Shown here piece by piece: positions 23,350 through 36,660 of a stretch of DNA of 64,000 nt. The stretch is from positions 10,540,001-10,604,000 of the forward strand of contig JBHGNT010000020.1 of the NCBI GenBank assembly GCA_043228905.1. The letters are read 5' to 3'. This DNA is from Azolla caroliniana (Eukaryota > Plantae > Polypodiophyta). Within the stretch, counting starts at the first letter, position 1, and the number at the start of each line of letters is the position of its first letter. Position numbers and translations under genes: made by a program. Below the pieces are notes generated by a model. The model saw nothing but the letters and a program-made list of their open reading frames with translations. It was not told the origin of the DNA and did no database searches.

Positions 23350-26300
23350 TCGGTCCTCTATATGGCTTCAATCGGAATCCGTTGACCCATTTGCCTAGCA
23401 CTTCGCCGGCAAGTGTCCCTAACTAGTAGGACCCATTATACTCCTGTGTTAGCCAATACAGTCCGGTCCATCTAAACCGTAGTTTACCCGGCATCTTGCC
23501 CATCCGGATCTGAAATACTAACACCGGTTTGCCGATTGCGAACATTTTTTCGTTTCCTTTCCTGTGCCGGTCGACAAATGCTTTCCGTCGCCGTTGCTCC
23601 AATTCTAAGTGCAGTATGTTGGCCAGTCGTTGTTCCTCGAGTTCACACAGCGCTGTCAACCGTATTGCCTCCGACTCCTTCTCGTTTAGTCGTTCCCGTA
23701 GCTGGATCTGTAAGCTGGGTACTTGGAATTCCACTGGCATTACCGCCTCTAGTCCGAACGCTAACCAGAACGGTGTTGTTCGGATACTCGTTTTGTATGT
23801 CGTCCGGTATGCCCAAAGCGCGCTATGTAGCTTTGTATCCCAATCCGTTCGGTTTTCGTTGACGATCTTCCGGAGGATATTCTGGAACGTCTTGTTCGTT
23901 GATTCCACTAAACCGTTCGCTTGTGGATAGTAGGGTGTGCTCCGTTTTTGGACAACGGCATAGAATGTCGTCAGGCTTTCCACTACTTGGCCGAGAAAGT
24001 GCCCCCCTTGGTCGCTTATTAATTCGATTGGGCATCCGTAACGGCACCAGATGTACTCATATAGAAATTTCGTCGTTGACGCAGCGGTGTTGTCCCTTAA
24101 TGCTTTGGCCTCCACCCATTTCATGCAGTAATCCGTCGCGACGATGACGTATCGATTACCCGTTCTCACTGCCCGTGGTTTGAACGGTCCCACAAAGTCC
24201 ACCCCCACTTCTGGAATGGCTGGAGTGGTAGTACTGGCTGGTGTGGCATACGAGCCTGCTCCGTTGGCTGGCCCATTCGCTAGCATACGTCACATTCTTT
24301 TGCGTACCGTACCGCATCTCTTAATGTCGTTCGCCACCATAGGCCACTTTGCCATATTTTCCTGGCTGTCGCATCTCCGACATAGTGGCAACTCCGTAGT
24401 GGGCTTCCCTAGTATGAGGTCCTTTTCATCGCTGCGCACAGCCCGTCTCCATATGTCATCCGCGCCCTTGTGGTAAAGTGTATCTTGCAGTAAGCAGAAA
24501 TGTCGGCTTTGCACCGCCAGGCGTTTCCGTTCGTCTCGGTTCATCTCTTCTGGAGGCAGTCCTGTGCTCAAAAATTGGTGCATATTTGTGAGCCACTAGT
24601 CTTCCTGGGCCACCGTCTCATCTGTTGTTGTCTTCGTAGTGACTCGAAACAACTCTGCATCCAGAAACTCATCCGCTACTCCGTCACCCGTCTCTCCAGA
24701 CTCTAATTGGCTTAAGTAATCCGCCACGGCATGCTGTATACCGGGTCGGTGGAATATTTCAAACTCGAATTCCTGTAACAGTAAGGTCCATCGGGCCAAT
24801 TTGCCGGTGAGTGACGCTTTGGACACCAGGTAAAGGAGTGTCAAATGATCTACATGGAAGGAAAACTTCCTTCCCAATAAATAATGCCGAAACTTTGTCA
24901 CATTGTAGATCATCCCTAGAGCTTCCCGTTCCGTGGTAGAGTAGTTCCGTTCTGCTTGGGATAGCTTTCGGCTGGCATAGTACACTGGCCGGTACCACTT
25001 TGGTTCCGTAAGCTGCATCAATACGCTTCCGATTGCGATGTCGGAGGCGTCCACGAACACGTGAAATTCTTTACTCCAATCCGGAGGCTGCACTACCGGT
25101 GCTTGCGACAATAGTACCTTGAGGGCCCTATACGCCCTATCCTCGGTGTCGTTCCACTGGAATGGTGTCCGATGTACGGCGGCATGCAACAGTGTAGCCA
25201 GGTCGGCCAAGTATCAGAGCATCCGGTTGTGCCACCGGATCTGGCCTAAGAATAGGCTTAATGCCTTTGCCATTGCCGGCGCCAGTGCTTCCAATATGGC
25301 TTTCACTTTGTCCGGGTCGACTGCAATACCTTCCTAGCTCACAATATGTCCTAATAGCGTTCCACTGGACACTCCAAATACACATTTTGCCGGATTCAAG
25401 CTTAGCCGGTACACTCTACACTTTTCAAGACAAAGGCGGAGGTGCTGAAAATGGTCCTCCTCCCGGCTATAGACGGCGAAATCGTCAAGGAAAACCTGCA
25501 TAAAAGCTAGAATATATTCACCAAAGATTTCCATGATGATTCGTTGAAATGTTGCCGGTGTCGTTTTGAGTCCGAACATCATCACTATGGCCACAAACAC
25601 CCCCCATTCGGTGACGAAAGTCGTTTTCTCTTGGTCGTCGGGGTGCATCCGGATCTGATTATACCCGTTGAATCCGTCTAGGAAGCTATAGACCTCATGG
25701 CCGGCGACAGCATCCAACACTCCATCTATGAACGGAAGTGGGAACGCATCCGTTACCATAGCTGCATTGAGATTCCGGTAGTCCACACAAACTCGAATTT
25801 TTCCGTTCTTCTTCGGTACGACTACGATCGGGCTTAGCCATGTCGCTTTCTTTACCGGACGGATAAAGCCAACTCTTAGTAGTTTGTCGATTTCCTCCTT
25901 GACTTTGGCGGCATAATTGGGATTCATCCGGTACCGTCTTTGTGCCACTGGTTTTGCGTCCTTGCTCAAGTGAACCTAATGCTGGTATAACTTAGGGTCG
26001 AGTCCCCGCATGTCTTCGTATGACCAGGCGAACACATCGCGAAATTCCGTGAGAAGTGTGATCATCGCCGTTTTGCCTTCGGACTTCATCTCCTTGGCAA
26101 TGTGCACCGGTTTTGCTTCGTTCGTGGTCCCTAAGTTCACCTCTTCTAGTTGCGACGCTTTTACGCGCTGTGAAACGGCCATTTCCCGTTCCAACGCTTC
26201 CTGCGCTTGCCGTAACTCTCGGATTGCGTCTTTATCCGGTTCTGCTTCAGCCTCTTCCGGTTGCGGTAAGTATGGTGCTACTGCTTCGGCAATGTCAATT

Positions 26301-28963
26301 TCGAAGAGGGGTATGATCTTCGGGTTATCCTGCAAGTACTGAGCTTCTTCTTCGTCAGCTAACCCTTCTAGCATGTTGACGCATTCCGCATACAACGGTG
26401 TACATTCCTTGCCAGTGCTCGTCCTTGGCTGTGTTGGTACCCGTACCTTGGCTTTTCCTCGCCGGAAGGTAATTATATTTTTCCTCCAATTCTGTTTGAT
26501 ATGTGCCGTTTTCAACCATGGTCGCCCCAGCAATAGCGGGTATGCGCCTTGTGCCTGTAATTGTAGCACTACTGCCGAGATGTGGAATGTATGACCGCTG
26601 ACAGTGACTTCTAATTTTCGTATTAATCCTGTCAGCCGCACTGAGCTTGTATCGGTCATCCGCAACCAGAACGGACACGGCTCCCACTCGTGGATTCTTA
26701 GGGCATCACACGTCCGGAGGCTTATTACATTCACCCCTGAGCCTCCGTCTATAACTGTGCCGGGGAGTTCTTTCCCTTTTACAATTGCAGTGATTACCGG
26801 ACTGCTGGTGTCCACCACCGTTGGTCCCTCCTCCGGATTCGAGAAGAGTACCGGTGTCGGTGATGGTTCTCTTGCCGTCATGGCCGTCTTCAGTCCTTCT
26901 GTGAATCTTGGCACGAGTTGTAGGAGTCTTCCTAGTGGCAACATAATCTGGCATTCTTGCAACGCCTGCCATGTCTCGTTCTCGGAGTGACTACCGCCGG
27001 CAAGCCCTACGGTGTTCTCCTTTTGCCGCTGTAAGTCTATGACATTCTGCTCGTTTGCTTTCTTTACCCATTCCGTTGCTTGTTTCCGGATGGTCTCCTG
27101 CGTCTCCCATTCCTTGGTCATGCCCTTCGACCTTGTGGTCACCTGCTGCAGATCTGCCACCTCAAGGACTACCATATTTACCGTCGGTCGTTTTTCATAG
27201 CTCTTCACCGGGCATTGGTTACTATAATGGCCTTCCTTTCGACAGTAGTAGCAGTAGGCTTTCCGAGTATTGCTAGATTCGGCATTGTCTGTTGTACCCG
27301 GGGCAGGTCCTGCGGTACGCGCGGGGTTTTGGACCGATTGGCTGCTTGGAGCTCCTTGTTCCGGATCCCGGGGGTAGTCGCCTTTTTTAAAATGCCATTT
27401 TTTGTTATAGCTCTTCTTATTGCGGTACTCTTGACGGGGTTGCCCGTTATATCTGCCGTATTCCTCCCGTTGCTGACGATACCCTGGGGAGTGCTGCCTG
27501 TCGTAATGTTCGTATCATCTATTGTAATCCCGGTATCGATCATGCCGGTCATAGTTATCCCACCGATCACCGTACCGGACATCATTCTCTCGTCGATCGC
27601 CATACCGGACATCCTGTGCCGGTCGGTCGCGATCCATTCGCCGCCAGCGTTCCTCTTCTTCATCCTGGCTGCTGCGTGGCTCAATTTGTCGGACGGGCGG
27701 TGCTTGCCGGTTCAATAGATTATACTCGCACCTATCCGTCGTATGGCTCTTGGATTGACAGATTACACATTGCGTCCTCATAGTGCATTCTAAAGCCGAG
27801 TGTCCGGAATTCATGCAGGTTGTGCATTGTATTGCTTGCCGAAACCGGAGGTCTTCATCGAACGGTAGCGCCCGTTGGAGTGCTCCCAATGTGAGCCAGG
27901 AGCTTGTCTTTTCCATTTCTCTCACCCGGTCAATGACCTGGTCGATGGTACTTGTGCGGAAGTCAATTACCGTGCAAACCGTGCGTAGGGGTTCCCGGAG
28001 CGCGTTTAGGAATATAGTCCGTAATTCCTCCTCCGAGGGTGCGCGGGTAAGCTGACTATGCATCCGTTGAAACCGGATGACAAATTGGGGAATGCTCTCC
28101 CTTGCTTCCTGTCGGATGGTATAAAATAAGCCTACCATTACGGTCTGGTCCACCTCCTTTTGGAAAAAATGCAAGAATTTAGCTTTTAAATCTGCAAAGG
28201 TGTTGATAGTAGACGGGTCCTGTGTCCGGCGCCATCTTGTTGCCGGTCCTTCCAATGTGACGCCAAATTCCGCTATCTTAGAGCGTTCTTCTTCATCCAT
28301 GGTCAATCGCTGGGACACATGGTTGGCTTCCCATGTCTGTTCGAAGGCGTGCACATGAGCTTCCGCGTCCGGATCATCTCTATACTTGGAGTACTGGAAC
28401 GGCATGTCGTCGTCTCGTATCGGTGCGTGGGCTAGTAGTGTTGGTGCTCCTTCCAGAATTTTCTCCGGCGTCGATGGTTTTTCCTCTTCTTTTGGTGACG
28501 GAGGCCTCTCGTCTTCGACTTCCGGTGTCGGAGGTCGCTCTTCCTTTGCTGGTTCCGGGGGTTCCAACGTTAGCACTTCCAGTTCCGGTGTTGGTAAGGT
28601 ATCCGATCCTTCGTCCTCCGGTCCGCCCGGGGTTTCGTTGCTGCTACGGTAGTTCGTGTGCACGTTGTATTCCCCTTCGGAATCCGATTCATATGCTGAA
28701 AAGGCTTCTGCTTCGCCTTCTCCGTTTGCCAACACGTGGAGAAGGGATTCGGTTTCCCGGAGGCTACTTAGGCTGCTGCCGTCATCCGGGTGCGATGTTT
28801 GCTGTAACCGAAGGGAGTCCTCCGCTACTCTCCGGATTACGTTGGAAAACGAGCGATCCGCTCTAATTTCCTGCGCCGCTTGCTGGAACGCATCGCGTCT
28901 CCTTTGCCTTTCGGCAAGGCGTCGAGTTTGATTTGTAACCAGGTCGTGCGTTGATCTAGACAT
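23350..28963 (-). pseudogene. gag-pol (gag, PR, RT, RNase H, integrase), decayed
   Basis: CTTCMNSGH knuckles, VIDGGS protease, FLDD RT, FVDASDIAIG RNase H, DFVGP/ISDQG/PQANG integrase; several stops and frameshifts. Confidence 0.92.
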
Positions 28964-29471
28964 CCATCCATGCCGTCGTTCGCTGCAAAAACTGGAATCG
29001 TGGTCGCCAAAAAATCTGTTAACTCTTAGGGCCGGACAATGGCCTAACACAGAGTGTCTACGGAAGACACTTCACCTGTTACGGCAACCGGATTAGACTC
29101 AACGCTTAATCCGACTCAATTAAGTTACTTAGCATAATCGTCTTTCATAATCACACGCGTAAGATATAACAATTAAGACAGAACGGCAATTAACACAGAG
29201 AGATAACAACGCTAAGCTTTTATTAATTAACCGTTATTCATTACATTGTATCCGGGCCTTTAAATAGGTTTCCGGTCTGTATTACAAAACGGTGCCATCC
29301 GCACCTGTTCGAGATCGGTCCGGATCTGGAACGGCATACCGATTCCGGTCCGTCCATCCACACTCATAGCTTAATTACAACCACATTCCTATTACTTAAA
29401 TAACTCTCCGTTTCCCACTCTGGACTCCTTTGTCGGCCGGTAACAGGGAAGAGAGAGAGGGAGAGAGATGA

Positions 29472-29506
<35 letters not shown>

Positions 29507-29777
29507 TGATTATTCATGTTTCATTCATTCCCCATAAGGGGTTAAATAGTACAAGAGGGGGTAGATACATAGGGGTGTAACCCCCCTCGAGCATTCATAC
29601 TGGACACTCACTCACACCTCCTGGTATCCATCCACATGCACACACGTGTGCATGTGTTCACATACGTATAGACTCACAATTACATTTATGCCCCCTACAC
29701 ATACACAACAACATCATGATAACATTCGACCCTCACTCATCACACTTGACTCTCCGTACATCTCGTACGGGGTAACA

Positions 29778-30335
29778 GGGAGAATCTAAGGAACATGTCC
29801 ATCACATCCAACAAAGGGACATGTCCATCACAAGCTACACCTTGAACATCAAGGAGCTTTGTGATTCACTCGACTTAATAAGTGTCACTGTGGATGATGA
29901 TGAGATGGTGCAAATATGCCTCGGTGGCCTCACACAATGGTTCGACGCGGTGAGAACCATCATTCTAGCAAGGCAGAATCCTCCCTCTTTCTTTGATCTT
30001 CAATCAATGTTATCGGTTGAATAAAATCATGTTCGAACTAACAGCAATGCCTCGAAAGGCCACATGCTCTACACACACTCGAATGGAGGAAGAGGACGCG
30101 ACCGCGCAAGAAGAGGCTGATTCGGCCAAGGACGAGGTGGACGAGGTCCGACCTATGAAAACAACTCCCAATTTCAGCAAGAAAGCGGCAACAATCGAGG
30201 AACGTTCGGAAGAAGAGGGAGCTTCCATGCTGGTCCAAGCCGACAAAACTCGATCGAATGCAAATATTGCAGCAAAATCAGCCACCGCGAAGAAAAGTGC
30301 CGAAAGAAGAAGCGTGTTCATCGGCTTCCACTTCC
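29778..30335 (+). pseudogene. Copia gag fragment
   Basis: MSITSYTLNIKELCDSL...MVQICLGGL...PPSFFDLQSML; CKYC..H..C knuckle similar to 13950-14050. Confidence 0.75.
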
Positions 30336-30398
30336 GGTCATCAGATGGTTGGTTCGGACTGGTCTTCGGGTCAACTTTGAGTAGCCGGTTCACTCCTG

Positions 30399-32520
30399 CT
30401 ACTCCTTCCTCCCCCTCAAGCTCGGTTGATCAATGATTGAGAGACCCAGGTTCGTCGTGAACTGCCACAACTTCTCAACTCCGAGGGCCTTGATGAAGAT
30501 GTCGGTCGTCTGCAAGTTCGTGTTGATGTGTTGCAGGTTGACATCCTCAGCCAAAACATGCTCTCGGATGAAGTGATTGTGCACTTCAATGTGCTTAGTC
30601 TGAGCGTGGAAGACTGGGTTCCGAGCGACGTGAACATTGCTCATGTTGTTGCAGTAGAGGAGAATCTGATCCTTGATGCGAACACCCAGGTCCTTCAATA
30701 TTCTCTTGAGCCAAACAACTCCACATGCGACTACGATCACGCCCATGTATTCGGCTTTGGTGCTCGACTGTGCGACTATCGGTTGTTTCTTACTACTCCA
30801 CAATAGGGTGTCATTGCCAAGAGAGAAAACAAATCCGGACGTTGATTGTCGGAGCCGACCCAATTGACATTGGTATACCTTGTAAGTCGAATCAGTGTGT
30901 TGGATCTGTAGAGGATGTTGAAATCCATCGTTCCACTCACATACCTTAGCACAGTGAAGATGGATGTCTCACAGAGTTTGCATGAACTGGCTAAGGAGGT
31001 TGACCAGGTACCTCAGGTCGAGTCGAGTAATTGTGAGGTAGATGAGGCTTCCGACTAGTTGACGATAGAGCATTGGCTCACACTCTTTAGTGCCGGAGTC
31101 GGCATCTAGTTTTGGATTTCGTTCAAGAGGGGTAGTGATGGGCTTACACTGTAGCATCCCATACTTGTAAAGAAGATTGAGGATATATTGCCTTTGAGAA
31201 AGCATGATGTCGTCCGAAGTCTGAATTACTTATATTCCTAGAAAGTAATGGAGCTCTATATCAGTCATTTCGAATCAGTTGGAGAGGAGCTTCTTGATGT
31301 GCTCAATATTTGTTGATTGCTCTCCTCCTATGACCAAGTCATCCACATAAATGATGATAAATACATGTCCTCTAGAGTCACTCCGATGAACAGAGAGTTG
31401 TCAGACTTGGACATGTGGAAACCGATTTGATGAAGATTTTGCGTTATCTTCAAATGCAATGCTCTCGATGCCTGCTTGAGACCATAGAGAGGCTTTTTTA
31501 ATCGACATACAATAGTCGAATGAGTAGTCGACCCGAATCCAAGTGGTTGTACCATGTACACCTCCTCGTCTAACTCACCTTGTAGGAAGGCATTCTTTAC
31601 GTCCATTTGGTTGAGGTGCCACCCTTTACCTGCTGCGAGCGTGATCACGGTTTGAATTGTTGTCATCTTTGCCACCGGGGCAAAGGTCTCTTCATAGTCG
31701 ACACCCATGCGTCTGTGCATAGCCTTTGGCCAGAAGTTGGGGCTTGTATTGATTGACAATATCGTCGACATTGTGCTTCACTTTGAAGATCTACCATCAT
31801 CCAATTGCCTTTTGGTGGTGTGATGAAGGAACGAGATCCCATGTCTCATTCTTGGAGAGTGCTTGCATCTCCTCATTCATCGTTGCGAACCATCCAGGGT
31901 CCTTCGCGGCTTTGGAAAAGGTTTATGGTTCTCGAACCATCGCCACTTTTATCATGAAGGCATAATGATATGCCATGTAGTTGTTGTAGCCGAATTGGCT
32001 GACTACATTCTTCTATCAAGTGGAGCGACGTGGTTCTCCTAGTGTCCTCATGATGGGCACATACAATCCACCACCATGCTTACAGTCGGGTAAGTGGTCT
32101 GATTCGTTTCTATCTAAGTCTTCGTACTCAGGCATTTTGGTCTTTCCTTTGTTCTATTTCGAACTCGGTCACGACCTACTCAGGTTGCTCGGAGGCTCTT
32201 GTGGTCCACTCAACCTGGTTGAGATTGGACATTCCTTTGATGTGATCCTCGGTCGATCATCCTCTTCTACATCTGTGTCAAACTCAGTTTCAACTATGTC
32301 GGATGAGGTTGATTCGACTATATACCAGGATGCCAACTCGTCAAATACGACATCCCTACTCACTCGTACCCTTTTTGCTCGAGTGAGTACCCTACAAGTA
32401 TACATTTCTCCGACTTTGGACTAAGCTTCTGCCGCTTCTCGTCGGGAATATGTACATATACTATTGAACTTAATATCCTAATGTGGGATAGACCCGGTTT
32501 CTTCCCGTAGAACTTGGATC
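30399..32520 (-). pseudogene. Copia integrase tail, RT and RNase H fragment
   Basis: YVHIPDEKRQKL, VDYEETFAPVAKM, QMDVKNAFLQG, WSSKKQ, PVFHAQTKHIEV, ending SLRG; many lesions. Confidence 0.9.
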
Positions 32521-33262
32521 GTTGTCTTGGTTGGTAATCTATTAATTTTTTTAACCATTTATGGCACTTGTTCAATGACATCTGTTACAAAAAAAGAATA
32601 ATTAGTCTTGAAACTTCTAAAAATTAGATTGGTAGACCGCTAACCAATCACAAAATTTCCTTAAATTATTATTTTTCATTTCAACACAAGTTTAGAGAGG
32701 TTGAGATATACAAGTTTGATGAATCTGGAAATTTTGTCTTTTTAACATGATTGTGTGACACTATGGATTAGTCTAATGATAAGTAAAGCAATTGACATGA
32801 ATTTGAATGTTCCTTTGAGGCTTTGGAATAGAACTTACCACATTGATTGAACATTTTTGGGAAGGAGCAAACACAACTATACGATTTTACGATTTCCTCA
32901 AAGTAGCCCAATTCCTAGAGCATGGTATGCATAGCAAGTACACTTGACTTGATTGTAGTTGTGTGCTATAGACCAAGAGAAAAGTGACCTCCACATGTTG
33001 CTTCATCTATATTGAATCAAATTTATTCAATCTCTTCATTTTAGATCCACATGTATACCAATTATCCCATATCAGTGACATATTTCATCTAATATTGCAT
33101 TCCATTTCCATGTGCTATTTTTACAAACCACAACAAAAAACCAAGCAATTGTGGAGTGAATTTTGTCATTTATGAAATTTCCCATGTACATGGTTTATAA
33201 AAATTCCTCTTGTTTCTCTAATATAACAGAAGGAAGAATTTTGCCCTCAATTCGTGTGGAAA

Positions 33263-33478
33263 TTGCACAAAACCTTTTGATTGACTACTTGATTAATGAT
33301 ATATGATGCTCTTTTGATCGTTTTTAAGGTCAAAATAATATAGTAACTATTTACTACTAGCCTAATACTATTGCACAAAAACTGTTGATTGACTACTTGA
33401 TTAATGATACATGGTGCTCTTTTGATCATTTTTAAGGTCAAAATAATATAGTAACTATTTACTACTAGCCTAACACAA
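33263..33478. repeat. Two-copy 108-bp tandem duplication
   Basis: TTGCACAAAA...CTAGCCTAA at 33263 and 33371. Confidence 0.85.
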
Positions 33479-36400
33479 AGTTCTGGGTTATACATCACGT
33501 ATAATGACTTTGCAATTATACGGGAAAGGCTTGAACTCATGGTCATGGCAATATATTTTCTGACTTCGTTTTTCTATAAAAGAAAATTTGTTTCCCTAGA
33601 GAGCGATCAATTGCTTAAAGGGTGGAGTAAATGGCCAGCTCATCATGCTCATGAACGGAAGATTATCAACCATGCCCCCACACTACATGTTATCTAAGCC
33701 ATGCTACGAATGGGATATTGGCACGACTATTTATATTGCTTTGTCAATGAGATGGTGACAATTCAAGGAATGCTTTTCATTATCATTTATGTCAATGAGA
33801 AAATGACACAATAATATTACGATCAAGCGGCTTTCATAATATGGAAGAACCTAGTTGGCAAACCTATTCATCGTGCTTGTTTAAGATATTTGTTAAATAG
33901 TTCCATGGGGAAGGCATACATTCCAAGATTGTAGGGAAAAGAGCCATTTCCAAGTTCAAAGATTCCTACTTTAAAGTGGAAAGAAAAGTGCAAAGCATCT
34001 TCATGCCAATGATTACTCAAGATGATTGCTTTGAAGTGATACCAAAAGTCTTGATTTGCCATTTCATTTCATTCCACAATCTAAACCACATTAAAGATTA
34101 TGGTATAATAATCCATGAATATTAAAGAAATTTACTTGCAAGAAAGAACAAGAGTGCCAAATGAGCCACCTACTTTATCAACATGATGAAGACAAACAAA
34201 GATAAATACTACCTACAATTAAGTCAAAGGGCACAATGGGGTGAATTATGGAAAAAGCTAGACAATTGTGGCATGGCCCAAACAATTTCTATAATCAAGG
34301 GTGGGGGAGAGTGATTCAAAATGTGGGTATACACAAGGGACACAATGTTACAAGCAATTCGTTGTGGGGAATCATTGCATCCTAATTGTTTTCTTCACAA
34401 CAAGTGAATAAGAGCCGAGGAGAATTTCATTATGATTACTACAATTGGGACAATGGAGGTAATTTAGACATGGATAGGCAAGGTAGTTTGCTATGATTAT
34501 GATTTTGTAGGGTGAGTGATACACTTTTTAGATTTTTAGTTATTTGTGGGGCTGGATAGGGGTATGAAACATATATATTCTTTGTCTATGAAAGACACAA
34601 TTATATATGAGACCAAATTTGCAAAACTCTCCACAATTAACATGAGTGGAAGGAAGCATGGATATAAAATGGGCCCTAGAAATCTTGTTTGGGAAGCCTG
34701 ATCTCTCTAGATCCATCCAAATTCAAATGGTTGCCAAGAAAATAGGGTAAAATGTTTCCTATTCGGCAGCAAACATCTCAAGGGGTTTACACCTGTTAAA
34801 TGACTAATGTCTTGAGAGGATGGTCATTGCCAAACTGAAACATCTACATATATTTCCCTATCTATGTTTGTATATTAAAACATCAGAAAGAGAGTCTACC
34901 ATAGGGAGGGTTTGGACATAATACAGCACAGAAAGAAAGTTCACATCAGTTGTATGACTTGCTAGAAGATGAATAAACATAATGCATTTGCTTGAAGATG
35001 AATCGAGCTATTACTTGTATGTCAGTCAGTTCAGGGTGAAACTTCATCACATCCCTTGTTTCATCAACTGATCACTCAAATTTCTTTTATCTTTTTCTCT
35101 AGGGTATAATGGATTGTTCCTTTGTTCCATAAGTACTCACGGTTCATTCAAATAATAAGGGAAACTTATGAAATAGCTATTGATTGAAAAGAAAATGGCA
35201 AGATAATCCTATATATAAGCTTGATGCACTTCTAAATCTGTTCTCATGATTTTTGAACTCAAAAGTGAACAAATAGCAGCACTAAATGTTTAGGCCTATG
35301 ACAAGCAATCAATGCTTCACGAACTTGTGATATGTATACACACACACACACAAAAGAAAACACAACAAGATAGCTATCCTAATATGCTTCATTTCCAGAG
35401 CGAAGAAGCTCAACAGTAAATAAGTACATTTCATCTCCTACCCTACATAATGAAAGCAATAGTGTCTAAAAAACAAATGAATATGAGGTTGCACCAAAAT
35501 TGTTGAATGTAACGATTGCTGAAAATGGCAAATTTGTAAAGATAGATTTAAAACTTTCATCGTATTTATGACTTCCATCGTAGAGAATGATTTAAAACTC
35601 AAAAACAAAAAATCATGCCAAAGTCCCATCCATAAAATGTTTTTCCCATACATAAACTAGGTCATCTTTTTTCATCGAGCATAGCTAAATTCAGTCCATG
35701 CTTGTAAAACGAGTGGCCAAGTTTTCTACAATAGGATGGTAGATGAGGCTCTATATAGGTGTATATACTTGTCACACTGTTGTTAGCTCATAAAGTTTGC
35801 TACCCTTGAGGAAACCTATCTCAGAGAAATGATAACTGCCATACATGTCTGCAGGCATCAGGGTCCCAAAATGCAAGATAAATCTGTGCTCACATCATTA
35901 ATCAATGGTGTTGAAAAGGTATAATAGCATAACAAAGCAGACAAGCTGAGGATACATATTGGAAAACAAAACAAGCTACATGACACTTGGAACCTCTTTT
36001 GCTAATTTTATTGGTATTGAGATGCTGATCCTAATACTCCAAACTAGTCAAGAAAATGTATAGTTCCTATACTTCCTCTATAGGGCAACTGTCTACTAAG
36101 ACCAATACATCCTATCTGGAAGCTATATAGGCATGAACGTAAACTCAACTGATAGTAAAAAAACGCGCTGAATATTTAACCTTTACACTTGGATTGAATC
36201 CAGAATCTGTAATGTTGTAAATCTACATACTAAAGATAGTAAAACAGAGTGCTCAAAAGATTAGTTTACATCAAGAGAAAGAAATCCAGAGAGAAGATGG
36301 TCTAGGGATTATCACCTTATATTCTGTGAAATATTCAGAATTGTTGTTCCTCCACTGCCTTGATCCATATATTTCTGTACTGATCCATTCAAATCCTCGT

Positions 36401-36660
36401 GATGCTCTACTTGGAAAAGCAAGCCGGCATCTTTCAAAAGACCATGTTCACCATACATCGTAGACATTGCAGACACTTGCTTCTCCAATGCTGTCTAGAT
36501 ATTCCAATCTTGTAGATTTACAAAAGACTTACACGAAGACAGGACTGGCGAAGCAGCGCTAGGTTTTTCCACTACTAATGCATACACCTAAAGTGACAAT
36601 GTATTGCACATAACAGTATACCACTAATATCTCGCCACTGACACATATACAAAGTATGCT

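Larger units (their letters stand above)
19583..29445 (-). mobile_element. Full-length non-chromovirus Ty3/gypsy (Athila/Phygy-like) with extra 3' ORF
   Basis: LTRs 19583-20017 and 29017-29445 (about a dozen substitutions and a 6-bp indel by eye); TSD GGGAA; PBS TGGCGACCACG 28999-29009 (probably tRNA-Arg type); no chromodomain. Confidence 0.94.
18584..29777 (-). repeat. 5' LTR of an older gypsy, split by two later insertions (pieces 18584-18627, 19411-19582, 29446-29777)
   Basis: Minus strand TGTTACCCCG...CATACAACA followed by PBS-like TGGCAACCACG (~18567-18577); pieces rejoin at TSDs TTATC and GGGAA. Confidence 0.7.
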
